Positions 28,578 to 39,232 of a stretch of 64,000 nt of DNA are shown piece by piece. Positions within the stretch are counted from its first letter, which is position 1; every line of letters starts with the position of its first letter. The stretch comes from Syntrophorhabdaceae bacterium (GTDB lineage: Bacteria > Desulfobacterota > Syntrophorhabdia > Syntrophorhabdales > Syntrophorhabdaceae): the NCBI GenBank assembly GCA_963666485.2, contig CAXXUO010000001.1, forward strand, positions 928,001 through 992,000, written 5' to 3'. Position numbers and translations under genes: made by a program. The notes under the pieces are model-generated. The model was not told where the DNA came from, did not search any database, and worked only from the letters and a program-made list of their open reading frames with translations.

Positions 28578-30143
28578 ATGGACATCACTCAATTAGGAGC
28601 GGCCCCGATACCCGGAAGCAAACCCGCGGGCACGGATATACGCTCTGAGGAGCAGTTCGAAAAACTATCCGCCGAGATAGACAGGATGTCATCGCCCTCC
28701 GCATCGGGGGGCATCGATTGGAAAAAGGTCCTCGATCTCTCGGCGGATATACTCGCCAATTATTCAAAAGACCTGCTCGTCGCAAGCTATCTTTCCATCG
28801 CCCTCATCAAGAACAACGGGCTGAAGGGGTTCGCGTCCGGGGTCCACGTCTGGCGCGACATGCTCACGACATACTGGGAAGATCTTTTTCCCACAAAAAA
28901 GCGCATGCGCGGACGCCTGAACGCAATAGACTGGTGGATCCAGAAGACATCCGAGCAGATCCGCGAACTCAAGCCCGAGCAATGGAAACAGGAAGATATA
29001 GACGGGCTCTATGGAGACCTCGACGCTATCGATCGGTTCTTCAGTGAGAACGTCGACGAGGCCCCCGCCGTCGGACCGCTCATGTCGATCGTGGGCTCGG
29101 CCCTTATCCCGATCGAAGAAAAAGCTGCGGCACCTGAGGCCCCCGCGGCACCCGCACCTGTGCCGCCTGCAGATGCTAAACCGGCACCCGCTGCACCACA
29201 GGCGGCACCGGCGGCTCAGAGGCCTGCGCCCCCCGTTCAGCTTGTCCCGTCCGGTGACGACCCTGAGCCGCTCATAAAACATGCCCTCGACACGTTGAGG
29301 TCGGTCTCGGACCTTCTTATGCAGAAGGACCCGCCCGATGCACTCTATTTTCGCATAAACAGGACCATATCGTGGACGACGATAGCGGGGCCGCCTCCCA
29401 GCCATGGCGGCAGGACTATGATGGAACCTCCGGAAGAGGAGATACGCGACCTGCTCAAGAATATGCACGAGGCGGCCAGCTGGAAAGACCTCCTCGCCGC
29501 GTGCGAGTCGCGCATAACCCAGTACCTCTTCTGGATCGACCTGTCACGCTATATATGCGAGGCGCTCGGACATTTGGGGCACAAGGCCATAGCCAGGGAG
29601 ATCGAAGGGCTCACGAGCGTCTATGTCGATCGGCTCTCCGGGATCGAGAAGCTCACCTTCGCCGACGGGACCCCGCTGGCGGACCAGGCGACGCGGCAGT
29701 GGCTCGCCGACATCCGCAAAGAGCAGGGGGACTCTTCTGCACAGGCCGGGGACGCGATCGTGGCCCGGATAGAGGCCGACATGGCTGCCGCAAAATCGCT
29801 CGCCGATTCGGGGAACATTGCGGGCGCAGTGGGGCAGCTTCGCGATGCCCTGACGCGGGCGCCGTCGGTGCGCGAAAGATTTATACGGCAGGTGAGGTTT
29901 TGCCGGTTCCTCCGGGAAAACAACCAGAACAAGCTTGCCTGGCCGTATTTTCGTGAGATAGTCGCGATCATAGACACGTATCACCTGAATGACTGGGAAC
30001 CGGCGCTTGCAGCCGAGGCATATGACATTATTCTTGCCGGGCTGACATCGGCCGACGGCAACGGCGAGTTCAAAGACTTAGGCCACGATATATTCCGGCG
30101 CTTGAGCCTCCTTGACCCGGTCAAAGCGATGGAGTACGCGTAG
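28578..30143 (+). CDS. tssA: T6SS TssA (ImpA_N domain, VasJ-like)
   Basis: PAGTDIR, IDWKKV, SKDLLVASYL, WEDLFP, FWIDL, LTFADGTPLAD, WEPALA. Confidence 0.9.
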   Translation: MDITQLGAAPIPGSKPAGTDIRSEEQFEKLSAEIDRMSSPSASGGIDWKKVLDLSADILANYSKDLLVASYLSIALIKNNGLKGFASGVHVWRDMLTTYWEDLFPTKKRMRGRLNAIDWWIQKTSEQIRELKPEQWKQEDIDGLYGDLDAIDRFFSENVDEAPAVGPLMSIVGSALIPIEEKAAAPEAPAAPAPVPPADAKPAPAAPQAAPAAQRPAPPVQLVPSGDDPEPLIKHALDTLRSVSDLLMQKDPPDALYFRINRTISWTTIAGPPPSHGGRTMMEPPEEEIRDLLKNMHEAASWKDLLAACESRITQYLFWIDLSRYICEALGHLGHKAIAREIEGLTSVYVDRLSGIEKLTFADGTPLADQATRQWLADIRKEQGDSSAQAGDAIVARIEADMAAAKSLADSGNIAGAVGQLRDALTRAPSVRERFIRQVRFCRFLRENNQNKLAWPYFREIVAIIDTYHLNDWEPALAAEAYDIILAGLTSADGNGEFKDLGHDIFRRLSLLDPVKAMEYA

Positions 30144-30275
30144 CTATAAAATTTTTGCCGGTTTGTGTTACTTTTGTTTTTATTTGCAGTGATTTGACAT
30201 ATAATTGTCGAATCGGGGTGTGTGGATCCCAATTTATTGTGTAAAAATTCTGATCCTGGCAAAGGAGGGTGAAAT

Positions 30276-30761
30276 ATGGCAAAGGAAGGTTCCGTTGCAC
30301 CAAAAGAACGCGTCAATATCATTTACCGGCCGGCAACAGGCGATGCGAAAGAAGAGATCGAGCTTCCACTGAAGGTCCTCGTTATGGGCGATTTCACACT
30401 CCAGCAGGATTCTCGGAGCGTTGAGGACCGCCAGCCTGTCAATATCGACAAGGACAACTTCAACGATGTCCTCTCGGCCCACAACGTGCGCCTCGAGACG
30501 GTCGTCGAGAACAAGCTGTCCGACGAGCCCGATGCACAGATGAGCCTCAATCTCGATTTCAAGAAGATGAAGGACTTCGAGCCGGACACGATAATCCAGA
30601 AGGTGCCGGAGCTCAAAAAGCTCATGGAGCTCAGGGACGCACTCAAGGCCCTCAAGGGACCACTCGGGAATATCCCTGAATTCAGAAAGAAGATACAGGA
30701 CATCGTCAAAGACGAAGAGGTCAAGGCGCGCCTTTTAAAAGAACTCGGGATAGAAGGATAG
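30276..30761 (+). CDS. tssB: T6SS contractile sheath small subunit
   Basis: APKERVNIIY, ELPLKVLVMGDF, VPELKKLMELRDAL. Confidence 0.95.
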   Translation: MAKEGSVAPKERVNIIYRPATGDAKEEIELPLKVLVMGDFTLQQDSRSVEDRQPVNIDKDNFNDVLSAHNVRLETVVENKLSDEPDAQMSLNLDFKKMKDFEPDTIIQKVPELKKLMELRDALKALKGPLGNIPEFRKKIQDIVKDEEVKARLLKELGIEG

Positions 30762-30771
30762 GGGGTGGAAA

Positions 30772-32247
30772 TTGGCTGAAGAACAGAAAGAAAAAAAGGT
30801 GCAGCAGGCCGAGGGGCAAACCTCGCTTCTCGACGAGATCGTTGCCGCAACCCGCCTGAAACCAACTGAAGAGGCGTATTCGATCACGAAGCAGGGGCTT
30901 CAGGCATTCATCGACGAAATGCTCAAGCCCGGAAAAGAGGTCCGTGTAACCGCATCCGCGGTCGATGAGATGATCGCCAACCTTGACCAGAAATTGTCAA
31001 GCCAGGTGGACGTGATCCTCCATAACAAGGAATTCCAGCAGCTGGAATCCGCCTGGACATCCCTGAAATTTCTTGTCGACCGGACGGATTTCCGGGAAAA
31101 TATCAAGGTCGAGGTCATGAACGTCAACAAGACGGACCTTCTCGATGATTTCGAGGACGCGCCGGAGATAACGAAGAGCGGCCTTTATAAACTCGCGTAT
31201 ACCCAGGAATACGGCCAGTTTGGCGGCAAACCGTACGGGTTGATGGTCGGCAATTACGAGTTCGGCCCGTCCGCCCCCGATATCAAGCTCCTCCAGAACC
31301 TTGCGAGCGTCGCCACGATGTCGCACGCACCGTTCGTGGCCGCTGCGGGGGCGCAGTTCTTCGGGATAGACAGCTTCACGGGCCTTCCGAACCTGAAAGA
31401 CCTCAAGTCCATCTTCGAGATGCCCCAGTACATCAAGTGGCAGTCGTTCCGGGAATCCGAGGACTCACGTAATGTCGCCCTTGCACTGCCCCATTTTCTC
31501 CTCAGGATACCGTACGGCCCCGACACAAAACCTGTGAAAAGCTTCAATTACAAAGAAGAAACGTCCGGCGGCGACGGCAGTTTCCTCTGGGGCAATGCCG
31601 CATTCGCATTCGCATCGAGGATAACCGACAGCTTTGCAAAGTACAGGTGGTGTGCGAATATAATCGGCCCGCAAGGCGGCGGAGCGGTCGAAGACCTTCC
31701 CGTCTACCAGTATGAGGCCATGGGAGAGCTCCAGACAAAGATCCCGACGGAAGTGCTCATCTCCGAGCGCAGGGAATTCGAGCTGGCCGAAGAAGGCTTC
31801 ATGGCCCTCACCATGAGAAAGGGAAGCGACAACGCGGCATTTTTCTCCGCGAACTCGACCCAGAAGCCGAAGGTGTTCGCCAATACCCCGGAGGGCAAAC
31901 AGGCAGAGCTCAACTACAAGCTCGGCACGCAGCTGCCGTACACGTTCATCGTCAGCCGCCTCGCCCATTACATCAAGGTCATTCAGCGTGAGAACATCGG
32001 GACATGGAAGGAACGGGGCGATCTGGAAACAGAGCTCAACAACTGGATCCGGCAGTATGTCGCCGACCAGGACAACCCGTCCCCGGGCGTCCGCTCGCGC
32101 CGGCCCTTAAGGAAGGCAAGCATACAGGTGTCCGACGTCGAGGGCGAGCCCGGCTGGTACAGGGTAAACATGTCTGTGCAGCCTCACTTTAAGTACATGG
32201 GGGCTTCCTTCACGCTTTCTCTCGTTGGAAAGCTGGACAAGGAATAA
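30772..32247 (+). CDS. tssC: T6SS contractile sheath large subunit
   Basis: FQQLESAW, EYGQFGGKP, HAPFV, LWGNAAF, PHFKYMGASFTLSLVGKL; TTG start. Confidence 0.95.
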   Translation: MAEEQKEKKVQQAEGQTSLLDEIVAATRLKPTEEAYSITKQGLQAFIDEMLKPGKEVRVTASAVDEMIANLDQKLSSQVDVILHNKEFQQLESAWTSLKFLVDRTDFRENIKVEVMNVNKTDLLDDFEDAPEITKSGLYKLAYTQEYGQFGGKPYGLMVGNYEFGPSAPDIKLLQNLASVATMSHAPFVAAAGAQFFGIDSFTGLPNLKDLKSIFEMPQYIKWQSFRESEDSRNVALALPHFLLRIPYGPDTKPVKSFNYKEETSGGDGSFLWGNAAFAFASRITDSFAKYRWCANIIGPQGGGAVEDLPVYQYEAMGELQTKIPTEVLISERREFELAEEGFMALTMRKGSDNAAFFSANSTQKPKVFANTPEGKQAELNYKLGTQLPYTFIVSRLAHYIKVIQRENIGTWKERGDLETELNNWIRQYVADQDNPSPGVRSRRPLRKASIQVSDVEGEPGWYRVNMSVQPHFKYMGASFTLSLVGKLDKE

Positions 32248-32286
32248 GAGTAGTCTAGGTGTTCACTAGAAAAAGGAGGGATTTCT

Positions 32287-32775
32287 ATGGCAATGACCTG
32301 TTACATGACTATCAAGGCAAAGAACCAGGGGGACATCCAGGGTGACTGTACACAGCAGGGTCGCGAGAACACGATCCTGTGCTATGCCCTCGACCACACG
32401 GTAGAGATACCGAGGGACCCGCACACGGGCCTCGCGACGGGCCAGCGCATCCATAAACCGTTCCAGGTTACGACGCACATTGGCAAGCACACGCCCAAGA
32501 TCTTTCAGGCATGCTGTACCGGCGAACATATGGATGTCGAGCTCCAGCAGTACAGGATCAACGAAAAAGGACAGGAAGAGAAATACTTCACGGTCAAGCT
32601 TCAGAACGCCATCATCGTCGAATCCCGCGAGTGGTACCCGGAAACATTTGTTGAGGAAAACAAGCCGTACAAACACATGGAAGATATCCTTTTCACGTAC
32701 GAGACGATAATCTGGACATATGTACCGGATGGCATCGAGGCCCAGGATTCCTGGACAAAGCCTGTCTCGGCATAA
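32287..32775 (+). CDS. hcp: T6SS tube protein Hcp, copy 1
   Basis: QGDIQG, TGQRIHKP, YFTVKL, EDILFTYETIIW. Confidence 0.93.
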   Translation: MAMTCYMTIKAKNQGDIQGDCTQQGRENTILCYALDHTVEIPRDPHTGLATGQRIHKPFQVTTHIGKHTPKIFQACCTGEHMDVELQQYRINEKGQEEKYFTVKLQNAIIVESREWYPETFVEENKPYKHMEDILFTYETIIWTYVPDGIEAQDSWTKPVSA

Positions 32776-32821
32776 CAGATAAGGATCAGAGGGTAAAGCT
32801 TTCATCAAGGAGTGATTTGAA

Positions 32822-33310
32822 ATGGCAATGACGTGTTACATGACCATCAAGGCAAAAAGCCAGGGGGACATCCAGGGGGACTGTACGCAGCAGGGACGCG
32901 AGAACACGATCCTGTGCTACGCCCTCGACCACACGGTAGAGATACCGAGGGACACCCACACGGGCCTGGCGACCGGGCAGCGGATCCACAAGCCTCTTGA
33001 GGTGATCACCAATATAGGCAAACATACTCCCAAGATCTTTCAGGCATGCTGCACCGGCGAACATATGGATGTCGAGCTCCAGCAGTACAGGATCAACGAA
33101 AAAGGACAGGAAGAGAAATACTTCACGGTCAAGCTCCAGGAAGCCATTATCGTGTCAGCGCGTGAGTGGTATCCGGAGACTTTCGTTGAAAAGAACAGGC
33201 CTTATAAACATATGCAGGATATTCTTTTCACGTACGAGACGATAATCTGGACGTATGTGCCTGACGGAATAGAGGCCGAGGATTCCTGGAAAAAACCGGT
33301 CGGCTCCTGA
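32822..33310 (+). CDS. hcp: T6SS tube protein Hcp, copy 2
   Basis: Near-identical tandem paralog of 32287-32775. Confidence 0.93.
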   Translation: MAMTCYMTIKAKSQGDIQGDCTQQGRENTILCYALDHTVEIPRDTHTGLATGQRIHKPLEVITNIGKHTPKIFQACCTGEHMDVELQQYRINEKGQEEKYFTVKLQEAIIVSAREWYPETFVEKNRPYKHMQDILFTYETIIWTYVPDGIEAEDSWKKPVGS

Positions 33311-33352
33311 TCGGGGAAGATCGCAGGATTCCATTTATGAGGATTTTAAGGG

Positions 33353-33386
33353 AGGCAGGCGCCGGTTCAACCTCCGGCTCCTGCCT
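33353..33386 (+). terminator. Stem-loop after the hcp pair (attenuator or mRNA stabiliser)
   Basis: AGGCAGG-C-GCCGG...CCGGC-T-CCTGCCT hairpin with only a weak U tract. Confidence 0.4.
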
Positions 33387-33415
33387 TATACCCTGCGGGC
33401 CCTGTATAGACACCA

Positions 33416-33835
33416 ATGTATGAAGAGCGACTGACCCAGAGAATCCGGAACCTCGAGCGAAAGGACAGCATAAAGGCTGTCGACGACCTGTCTTATATCG
33501 TCAATTCGATCATCAATCATCTTCAAAGGGTCATGAACACGCGCCAGGGAAGCGTCCCCATCGCCGAAGACTACGGTATGCCCGATTTTACGAATTACCA
33601 GGGTCTCGGGATCGATGAGCAGGCGAAGGGGGTCTCCGAGATCATACGGAATATGATCCTGAAATACGAGCCGAGGCTTCACGGGGCCCAGGTGGTCTAT
33701 GAGCCCGACAAGAATGACCTTTTGTCCCTGCGCTTCAAACTCCAGACCGAGATCATCCATGGAAGGGACGAAAAATCCATCGTCGAGCTTGAAACGGTGA
33801 TAAGCTCCGAAGGGAAGGTCAGGGTCGAGAAATAG
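33416..33835 (+). CDS. tssE: T6SS baseplate subunit (gp25-like)
   Basis: HLQRVMNTRQG, DYGMPDF, KYEPRL. Confidence 0.92.
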   Translation: MYEERLTQRIRNLERKDSIKAVDDLSYIVNSIINHLQRVMNTRQGSVPIAEDYGMPDFTNYQGLGIDEQAKGVSEIIRNMILKYEPRLHGAQVVYEPDKNDLLSLRFKLQTEIIHGRDEKSIVELETVISSEGKVRVEK

Positions 33836-33852
33836 CATGACGAGGGAACGTA

Positions 33853-35589
33853 GTGTTTAATAAATACTACCAGGAGGAACTGCAAAACCTTCGGGAGCTT
33901 GCAGCCGAGTTCTCGAAGACGCACCCGATAGCCGCACCGATGTTGAGCGGGCCGAAGCCCGACCCTGACGTCGAGCGGCTCCTCGAAGGCGTGGCCTTTC
34001 TCAATGGCCTTCTCCAGCAAAAACTGGACGACGAGTTCCCGCAGCTCATCCACAGCCTGATGGACGTGATCTTTCCGCACTACATGAAACCGATCCCGTC
34101 CCTTTCCATCGTTGCCTTCAGGCCGAAACCGGGCCTGATCGAAAGCGTCACCGTCCCGGCAGGCACATCGCTCAACTCCTTGCCGGTCGACGGCACGCCG
34201 TGCACGTTCCGGACATGTTTCGATGTGGAAACACACCCCCTGCACGTCGTTTCGCTCGATAGCCGGTCAAAGAGCACGGGGCAGCCGGAGTCTATGAAAT
34301 TGACGCTCGAACTCACGGGGCCGGGCCTTGACCGCTGGAACCCGAAGGGAGTGTCTTTCCTCAATGGCGGCACGTATTCACAGGGGGCCGATGTCTTCTC
34401 ATTGTTGACGCGCTACCTCAAAAGGATCGTGCTGCACCCCCTGGAAGGCGGCAGCGACTGCGTGCTTCCCCCCGAGTGCATGGTGCCGACGGGTTTTGAA
34501 CCAAACAATTCACTTTTCCCTTTCCCGGCGCAATCCTTTTACGGGTACCGGCTCCTCCAGGAATATTTTATCATGCCGGCCAAATTCCTCTTCCTCAACC
34601 TTACCGGCTGGGAAAGGTGGCGGGACCGGGGGTCGGGGTCCCGGTTCGAGGTCATCTTCGAGTTCGAACCATCATCGATCCACATTCCACCGGTCACGGC
34701 AGACAATTTCGTCCTCTTCTGCACCCCGGTCATCAACCTTTTCCCCATGGAGGCCGAACCCGTCATCCTCGACCACAGGGAAGGCAGGATACGCGTAAGG
34801 CCCGCTGCAAAGGAGCACGATCATTATCACGTCTACGGCGTTACCGAGGTGGTCGGGTACAGCCGGGGCAGCGTCGAGAAGACGACGTACCTGCCACTCG
34901 ACCTTTTCAGGACACTCGAGTCCGCCGAAGCGACCTACCAGATGATGCGCTACCGCTCGCCTGTCGATGACTCCATCGACGTGTACCTGGCTTTTCCGTA
35001 CGACACGAAAGGACCGGAACCCAAGGCCCAGACGTTATCGATATCTATCACGTGCACGAACGGACAGCTTCCGGAAAAACTTCAATTCGGGGATATCCGT
35101 GTCGAAACGTCCGATTCACCGGCCCTTCTGACATTCGGGAACGTCATCCCGCCGAGCTATTATATCGAGCCGCCCCACGGCCGGAACGTCCTGTGGAAGT
35201 TCCTGTCCCATCTCACGCTCAATTTCCTGTCCATCGCGAATGCCGGCAACCTGAAGGAACTCCTCACGCTGTACGTGCTCGAAGAAGGCAGGGACAGGGC
35301 CCGGATATCGGCAAATTTGCGTGAGATCGAGGGAATAACCGATCTTTCGCTCACAGCGACGCGCCGTCTTGTCAGGGGAAACATGGTCCAGGGACAGGAC
35401 GTCGGCCTTTCCGCCAACCGGGACTATTTCGCGAGCATGGGCAACCTTCTTCTTTTTGTCAACGTGCTCGATCATTTCTTCGGGGCATACAGTGCGATGC
35501 ACAGCTTCACGCACATGAACCTGAAAGAGATAACGACGGGCGAGGCCTTTACCTGGCCGCACCGGATGGGGACGCGATGCCTGGCGTAA
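33853..35589 (+). CDS. tssF: T6SS baseplate subunit
   Basis: YYQEELQNLRELAAEF, DPDVERLLEGVAFL, GYRLLQEYF, CTPVINLF. Confidence 0.95.
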   Translation: MFNKYYQEELQNLRELAAEFSKTHPIAAPMLSGPKPDPDVERLLEGVAFLNGLLQQKLDDEFPQLIHSLMDVIFPHYMKPIPSLSIVAFRPKPGLIESVTVPAGTSLNSLPVDGTPCTFRTCFDVETHPLHVVSLDSRSKSTGQPESMKLTLELTGPGLDRWNPKGVSFLNGGTYSQGADVFSLLTRYLKRIVLHPLEGGSDCVLPPECMVPTGFEPNNSLFPFPAQSFYGYRLLQEYFIMPAKFLFLNLTGWERWRDRGSGSRFEVIFEFEPSSIHIPPVTADNFVLFCTPVINLFPMEAEPVILDHREGRIRVRPAAKEHDHYHVYGVTEVVGYSRGSVEKTTYLPLDLFRTLESAEATYQMMRYRSPVDDSIDVYLAFPYDTKGPEPKAQTLSISITCTNGQLPEKLQFGDIRVETSDSPALLTFGNVIPPSYYIEPPHGRNVLWKFLSHLTLNFLSIANAGNLKELLTLYVLEEGRDRARISANLREIEGITDLSLTATRRLVRGNMVQGQDVGLSANRDYFASMGNLLLFVNVLDHFFGAYSAMHSFTHMNLKEITTGEAFTWPHRMGTRCLA

Positions 35590-36560
35590 GAGAAGACATC
35601 CTCAAGAACAGCTCATCGTACTCATTCATACAGGCGATCAGGCTCCTTGGTTATTACCTGCGCGTGCAGGGCGATGAATTCGAAGGGGTCATGCGACGCA
35701 AGATACGCGTGCACCCGCAGCTTTCGCTCGATTTTCCCGGAACGGATATCATTTCCATAGAACAAAAGGCGACCGATCCTGATAAATATTTCATAACCGC
35801 TACTTTCCTCGGCCTTTACGGGGCGTCGTCGCCCCTGCCCACCTTCTATACCGAGGACCTCCTCGACGAAGCGTCCGAGGACAAAAGCATTTCCCGGGAT
35901 TTCCTTGACATCATAAATTCACCCGCATACGTGCTTTTCTTTAAATGCTGGGCAAAATACAGCTTTGTTTACAGCCTTGTCGAGAGCCGCCGCGATGACC
36001 TGCTCGAGCGGCTTTTCTGCCTTCTCGGGTTTGGAACGGAGAAAATACGCCAAAGCGTTCGCTATCCCACGCAGCTTTTGCGGTATATCGGGATTGCCAC
36101 CCAGATGCCCCGGTCCGCGGAAGGGCTGCGTGCATTGATCAGCGACGTCATTTCCGAGCCCACCATAGACATCGAACAATGCATCCCCGCACAGGTCGAA
36201 ATACCGGCCGACCAGCGGTGCATTCTCGGCAGAAGGGGGCATCGCCTGGGTGAAGATGCATCGATCGGTGCATTTGTAGCGGATGCCACGGGAAAATTCC
36301 GCATACATGCGGGGCCGCTGGCGGAGAAGAAATTACAGGAGCTGCTGCCCGGCGGCGAACCTTTTGCCCTCATCGGTAACTTTGTCGAATATTATCTCGA
36401 TCAGCCCCTCGATTGGGACGTGGAGATCGAGGTGCATGAGGCCGAGATCAACCCGATCAACCTCGGGCATGCCGACTGCTGCCGGCTGGGATGGAACACG
36501 TGGCTTGGAAGCGATTCGGGGTATCCCGAAAATCGGGTCAGGCTCGCATCAGGATATTAA
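35577..36560 (+). CDS. tssG: T6SS baseplate subunit
   Basis: SFIQAIRLL, LSLDFP, TFLGLYGASSPLPTFYTE, RLGWNTWLG. Confidence 0.93.
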   Translation: MPGVREDILKNSSSYSFIQAIRLLGYYLRVQGDEFEGVMRRKIRVHPQLSLDFPGTDIISIEQKATDPDKYFITATFLGLYGASSPLPTFYTEDLLDEASEDKSISRDFLDIINSPAYVLFFKCWAKYSFVYSLVESRRDDLLERLFCLLGFGTEKIRQSVRYPTQLLRYIGIATQMPRSAEGLRALISDVISEPTIDIEQCIPAQVEIPADQRCILGRRGHRLGEDASIGAFVADATGKFRIHAGPLAEKKLQELLPGGEPFALIGNFVEYYLDQPLDWDVEIEVHEAEINPINLGHADCCRLGWNTWLGSDSGYPENRVRLASGY

Positions 36561-36575
36561 ATAAAGGAGACGGAA

Positions 36576-39200
36576 ATGCTGACAGTGGATATCAAATCGC
36601 TTTTGATGAGGCTCAACGATTACAGCGCGGCGGCAATGCAGTCCGCTGCCGGCCTGTGCGTCTCGAGGACCCATTACGAGATAACGATAGAGCACCTCAT
36701 CGCAAAGCTCCTCGAAAATCCCAACAGCGACTGGCCCCTGGCATTTGCACGGCTCAATGCGGATTCCGCAAAGATAGCCCGGGCCGTCGAGGCGACCCTC
36801 GAAGATTTCAAGACCGGCAATGCCGCAAAGCCTGTTTTTTCGCCACTGCTTCTCGAGTTGATCCAGGATGCCTGGCTTATCTCTTCGATCGATCTCGAAG
36901 AAAGAAAGGTCCGTTCCGGGGCCATACTCCTCGCATTTCTTTCCAAGCCGACCTTCTTCGCGTCCGGGCGATACGCGGACCTCATAAAATCGATCAGCAG
37001 GGACGCCCTCGCCAACGATTTCTGGACCGTAACCAAGGGATCCATTGAAATAGACCGGACGCAGGTGAAGGAAGCTGCGGGAGACGAAGCTCCGGGCAGC
37101 CAGGGCGGGACATTTATCGACAAATACTGCGCCGATTTTACGGACAAGGCGGCCCGCGGTGAGATCGACCCGGTCTTCGGGCGGGATTCAGAAATACGCC
37201 AGATGATAGACATTCTCGGGAGGCGCAGGAAAAACAACCCGATCTGTGTCGGCGAGCCGGGTGTCGGCAAAACGGCTGTCGTCGAAGGTATGGCGCTTCG
37301 CATAACGGAAGGCGATGTCCCGGACATGCTCAAGAATGTTTCCCTCATCGGCCTTGACATGGGCCTGCTTGAGGCGGGTGCGGGCATGAAAGGAGAATTT
37401 GAGAACCGCCTGAAAGGGGTCATCAACGATATCAAGGCATCGGAAAGGCCGATCATTTTATTTATCGACGAGGCGCACACGCTCATCGGCGCCGGCGGGA
37501 CCGCCGGCGGATCGGATGCGGCAAATCTCCTGAAACCGGCCCTCGCCCGGGGTGAACTGCGTACGATCGCGGCCACGACCTGGACGGAATATAAGAAATA
37601 CTTCGAAAAAGACCCCGCGCTTGCACGGCGTTTTCAGCTCGTGAAGCTCGATGAACCGGCGGTCGATTCGACTGTCCTCATGCTGCGGGGCCTCAAGGCA
37701 AGCTATGAAAAAGCGCATAACGTGGTCGTGCGCGATGATGCGGCGGTTGCCTCCGCGGAGCTTTCCGACCGTTACATAACGGGACGGTTCCTGCCGGACA
37801 AGGCGATAGACCTTCTCGATACGAGCTGTGCCCGCGTGAAGATCAACCTGACCGCGAAACCGGCCCGCCTCGAGGACCTGGAGCGGTCGATCCAGGCGTG
37901 CGACCGCGAGATATCGGCGATCGACCGCGACAGGGACAACAAGGTCACCGTCGACGAGGAGGCGTACCGGGAAGTCGTTGCGAAAAAAGAAAAGCTCATC
38001 AAAGAATCAGACGAGTTGAGAGAGCTGTGGCTCAAGGAAAAGGAAGCCGCGGCAAAGGTCGTCGAGATACGCCAGAAGATAAATGCCGCCGCAAAAGATA
38101 ACGGGGAGCGCGACGAGCTCTTCAAGGAACTCGAAGAAGCAACGGCGGGCCTCAAGGCCATCCAGGGTGATACCCCCAACATCCAGATCGAGGTCGATCC
38201 GGACGTCGTCGCCCAGGTGGTGTCGGACTGGACCGGGATACCGCTCGGCAAGGTCCTCAAGGATGAGGCAAAAACGATCATTGAGCTTGAAGACCGGCTC
38301 AAGGAGCGGATCAAGGGCCAGGAGTTCGCAATGTCGACCCTTGCCGAAGCGATCCGGGCCTCTAAGGCCGGCATCAAGAACCCGAGCCAGCCGATGGGCG
38401 TCTTTCTTTTCGTCGGCCCAAGCGGCGTCGGGAAGACGGAAACAGGCCTCGTCCTCGCCGACCTTCTGTTCGGCAGCGAGCGCCACGTGGTCACGATCAA
38501 TATGAGTGAATTCCAAGAAGGCCACACGGTGAGCCGCCTCATCGGTTCCCCGCCGGGCTACGTCGGGTACGGGGAAGGCGGCATGCTGACCGAGGCCGTG
38601 CGCCAGAAACCCTATAGCGTCGTCCTGCTCGACGAGTGTGAAAAGGCGCATACGGACGTCATGAACCTTTTCTACCAGGTGTTCGACAAGGGAATGCTCA
38701 CGGATGGCGAGGGAAAAGAGATAAATTTCCGCAACACCATCATTATTTTGACAAGCAACCTCGCATCCGACGTCATTCACGAGATGACATCCGCCGATGA
38801 CCGTCCGTCCGCTGACGTTCTGACAAGCGCGATACGCCCGATACTGTCAGCCCATTTCAAGCCCGCGCTCCTCGCGCGCATGTCGATCGTCCCCTACTTC
38901 GACCTCGGCAAGGACGCGATGCGGATGATCGTCGAGCTGAAGCTCGGGAAGGTCGCAGAGACGCTCATGGCCAACAACCGGATGCGCATGTCGTACACCC
39001 CTGCGGTGGCCGACCAGATCGCCCAGCGCTGCACCGAGGTTGAGACCGGTGCACGCAACATAGAGTACATATTGAGCGGGAACATACTGCCGCGTCTGGC
39101 CCAGGAGATACTCGGCCATATGAGCGAGGGCGGCATGCCCGCCACCGTGAATCTCGATGTGGATGACACCGGGGCCTTCACGTTCAAGTTCGGACAATAA
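36576..39200 (+). CDS. tssH: T6SS ATPase ClpV
   Basis: THYEITIEH, IDPVFGRDSEIRQ, GEPGVGKT, GPSGVGKTE, SRLIGSPPGYVGYGEGG. Confidence 0.96.
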   Translation: MLTVDIKSLLMRLNDYSAAAMQSAAGLCVSRTHYEITIEHLIAKLLENPNSDWPLAFARLNADSAKIARAVEATLEDFKTGNAAKPVFSPLLLELIQDAWLISSIDLEERKVRSGAILLAFLSKPTFFASGRYADLIKSISRDALANDFWTVTKGSIEIDRTQVKEAAGDEAPGSQGGTFIDKYCADFTDKAARGEIDPVFGRDSEIRQMIDILGRRRKNNPICVGEPGVGKTAVVEGMALRITEGDVPDMLKNVSLIGLDMGLLEAGAGMKGEFENRLKGVINDIKASERPIILFIDEAHTLIGAGGTAGGSDAANLLKPALARGELRTIAATTWTEYKKYFEKDPALARRFQLVKLDEPAVDSTVLMLRGLKASYEKAHNVVVRDDAAVASAELSDRYITGRFLPDKAIDLLDTSCARVKINLTAKPARLEDLERSIQACDREISAIDRDRDNKVTVDEEAYREVVAKKEKLIKESDELRELWLKEKEAAAKVVEIRQKINAAAKDNGERDELFKELEEATAGLKAIQGDTPNIQIEVDPDVVAQVVSDWTGIPLGKVLKDEAKTIIELEDRLKERIKGQEFAMSTLAEAIRASKAGIKNPSQPMGVFLFVGPSGVGKTETGLVLADLLFGSERHVVTINMSEFQEGHTVSRLIGSPPGYVGYGEGGMLTEAVRQKPYSVVLLDECEKAHTDVMNLFYQVFDKGMLTDGEGKEINFRNTIIILTSNLASDVIHEMTSADDRPSADVLTSAIRPILSAHFKPALLARMSIVPYFDLGKDAMRMIVELKLGKVAETLMANNRMRMSYTPAVADQIAQRCTEVETGARNIEYILSGNILPRLAQEILGHMSEGGMPATVNLDVDDTGAFTFKFGQ

Positions 39201-39232
39201 TATGACAGCGATGCCGGTGAGGAGGGGCCCTC

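Noticed and set aside
30144..30275. Specific regulator site in the AT-rich tssA-tssB spacer (GACATATAATTGTC)
   Set aside because: An internal promoter is plausible, but I could not match it to a defined consensus with correct spacing.
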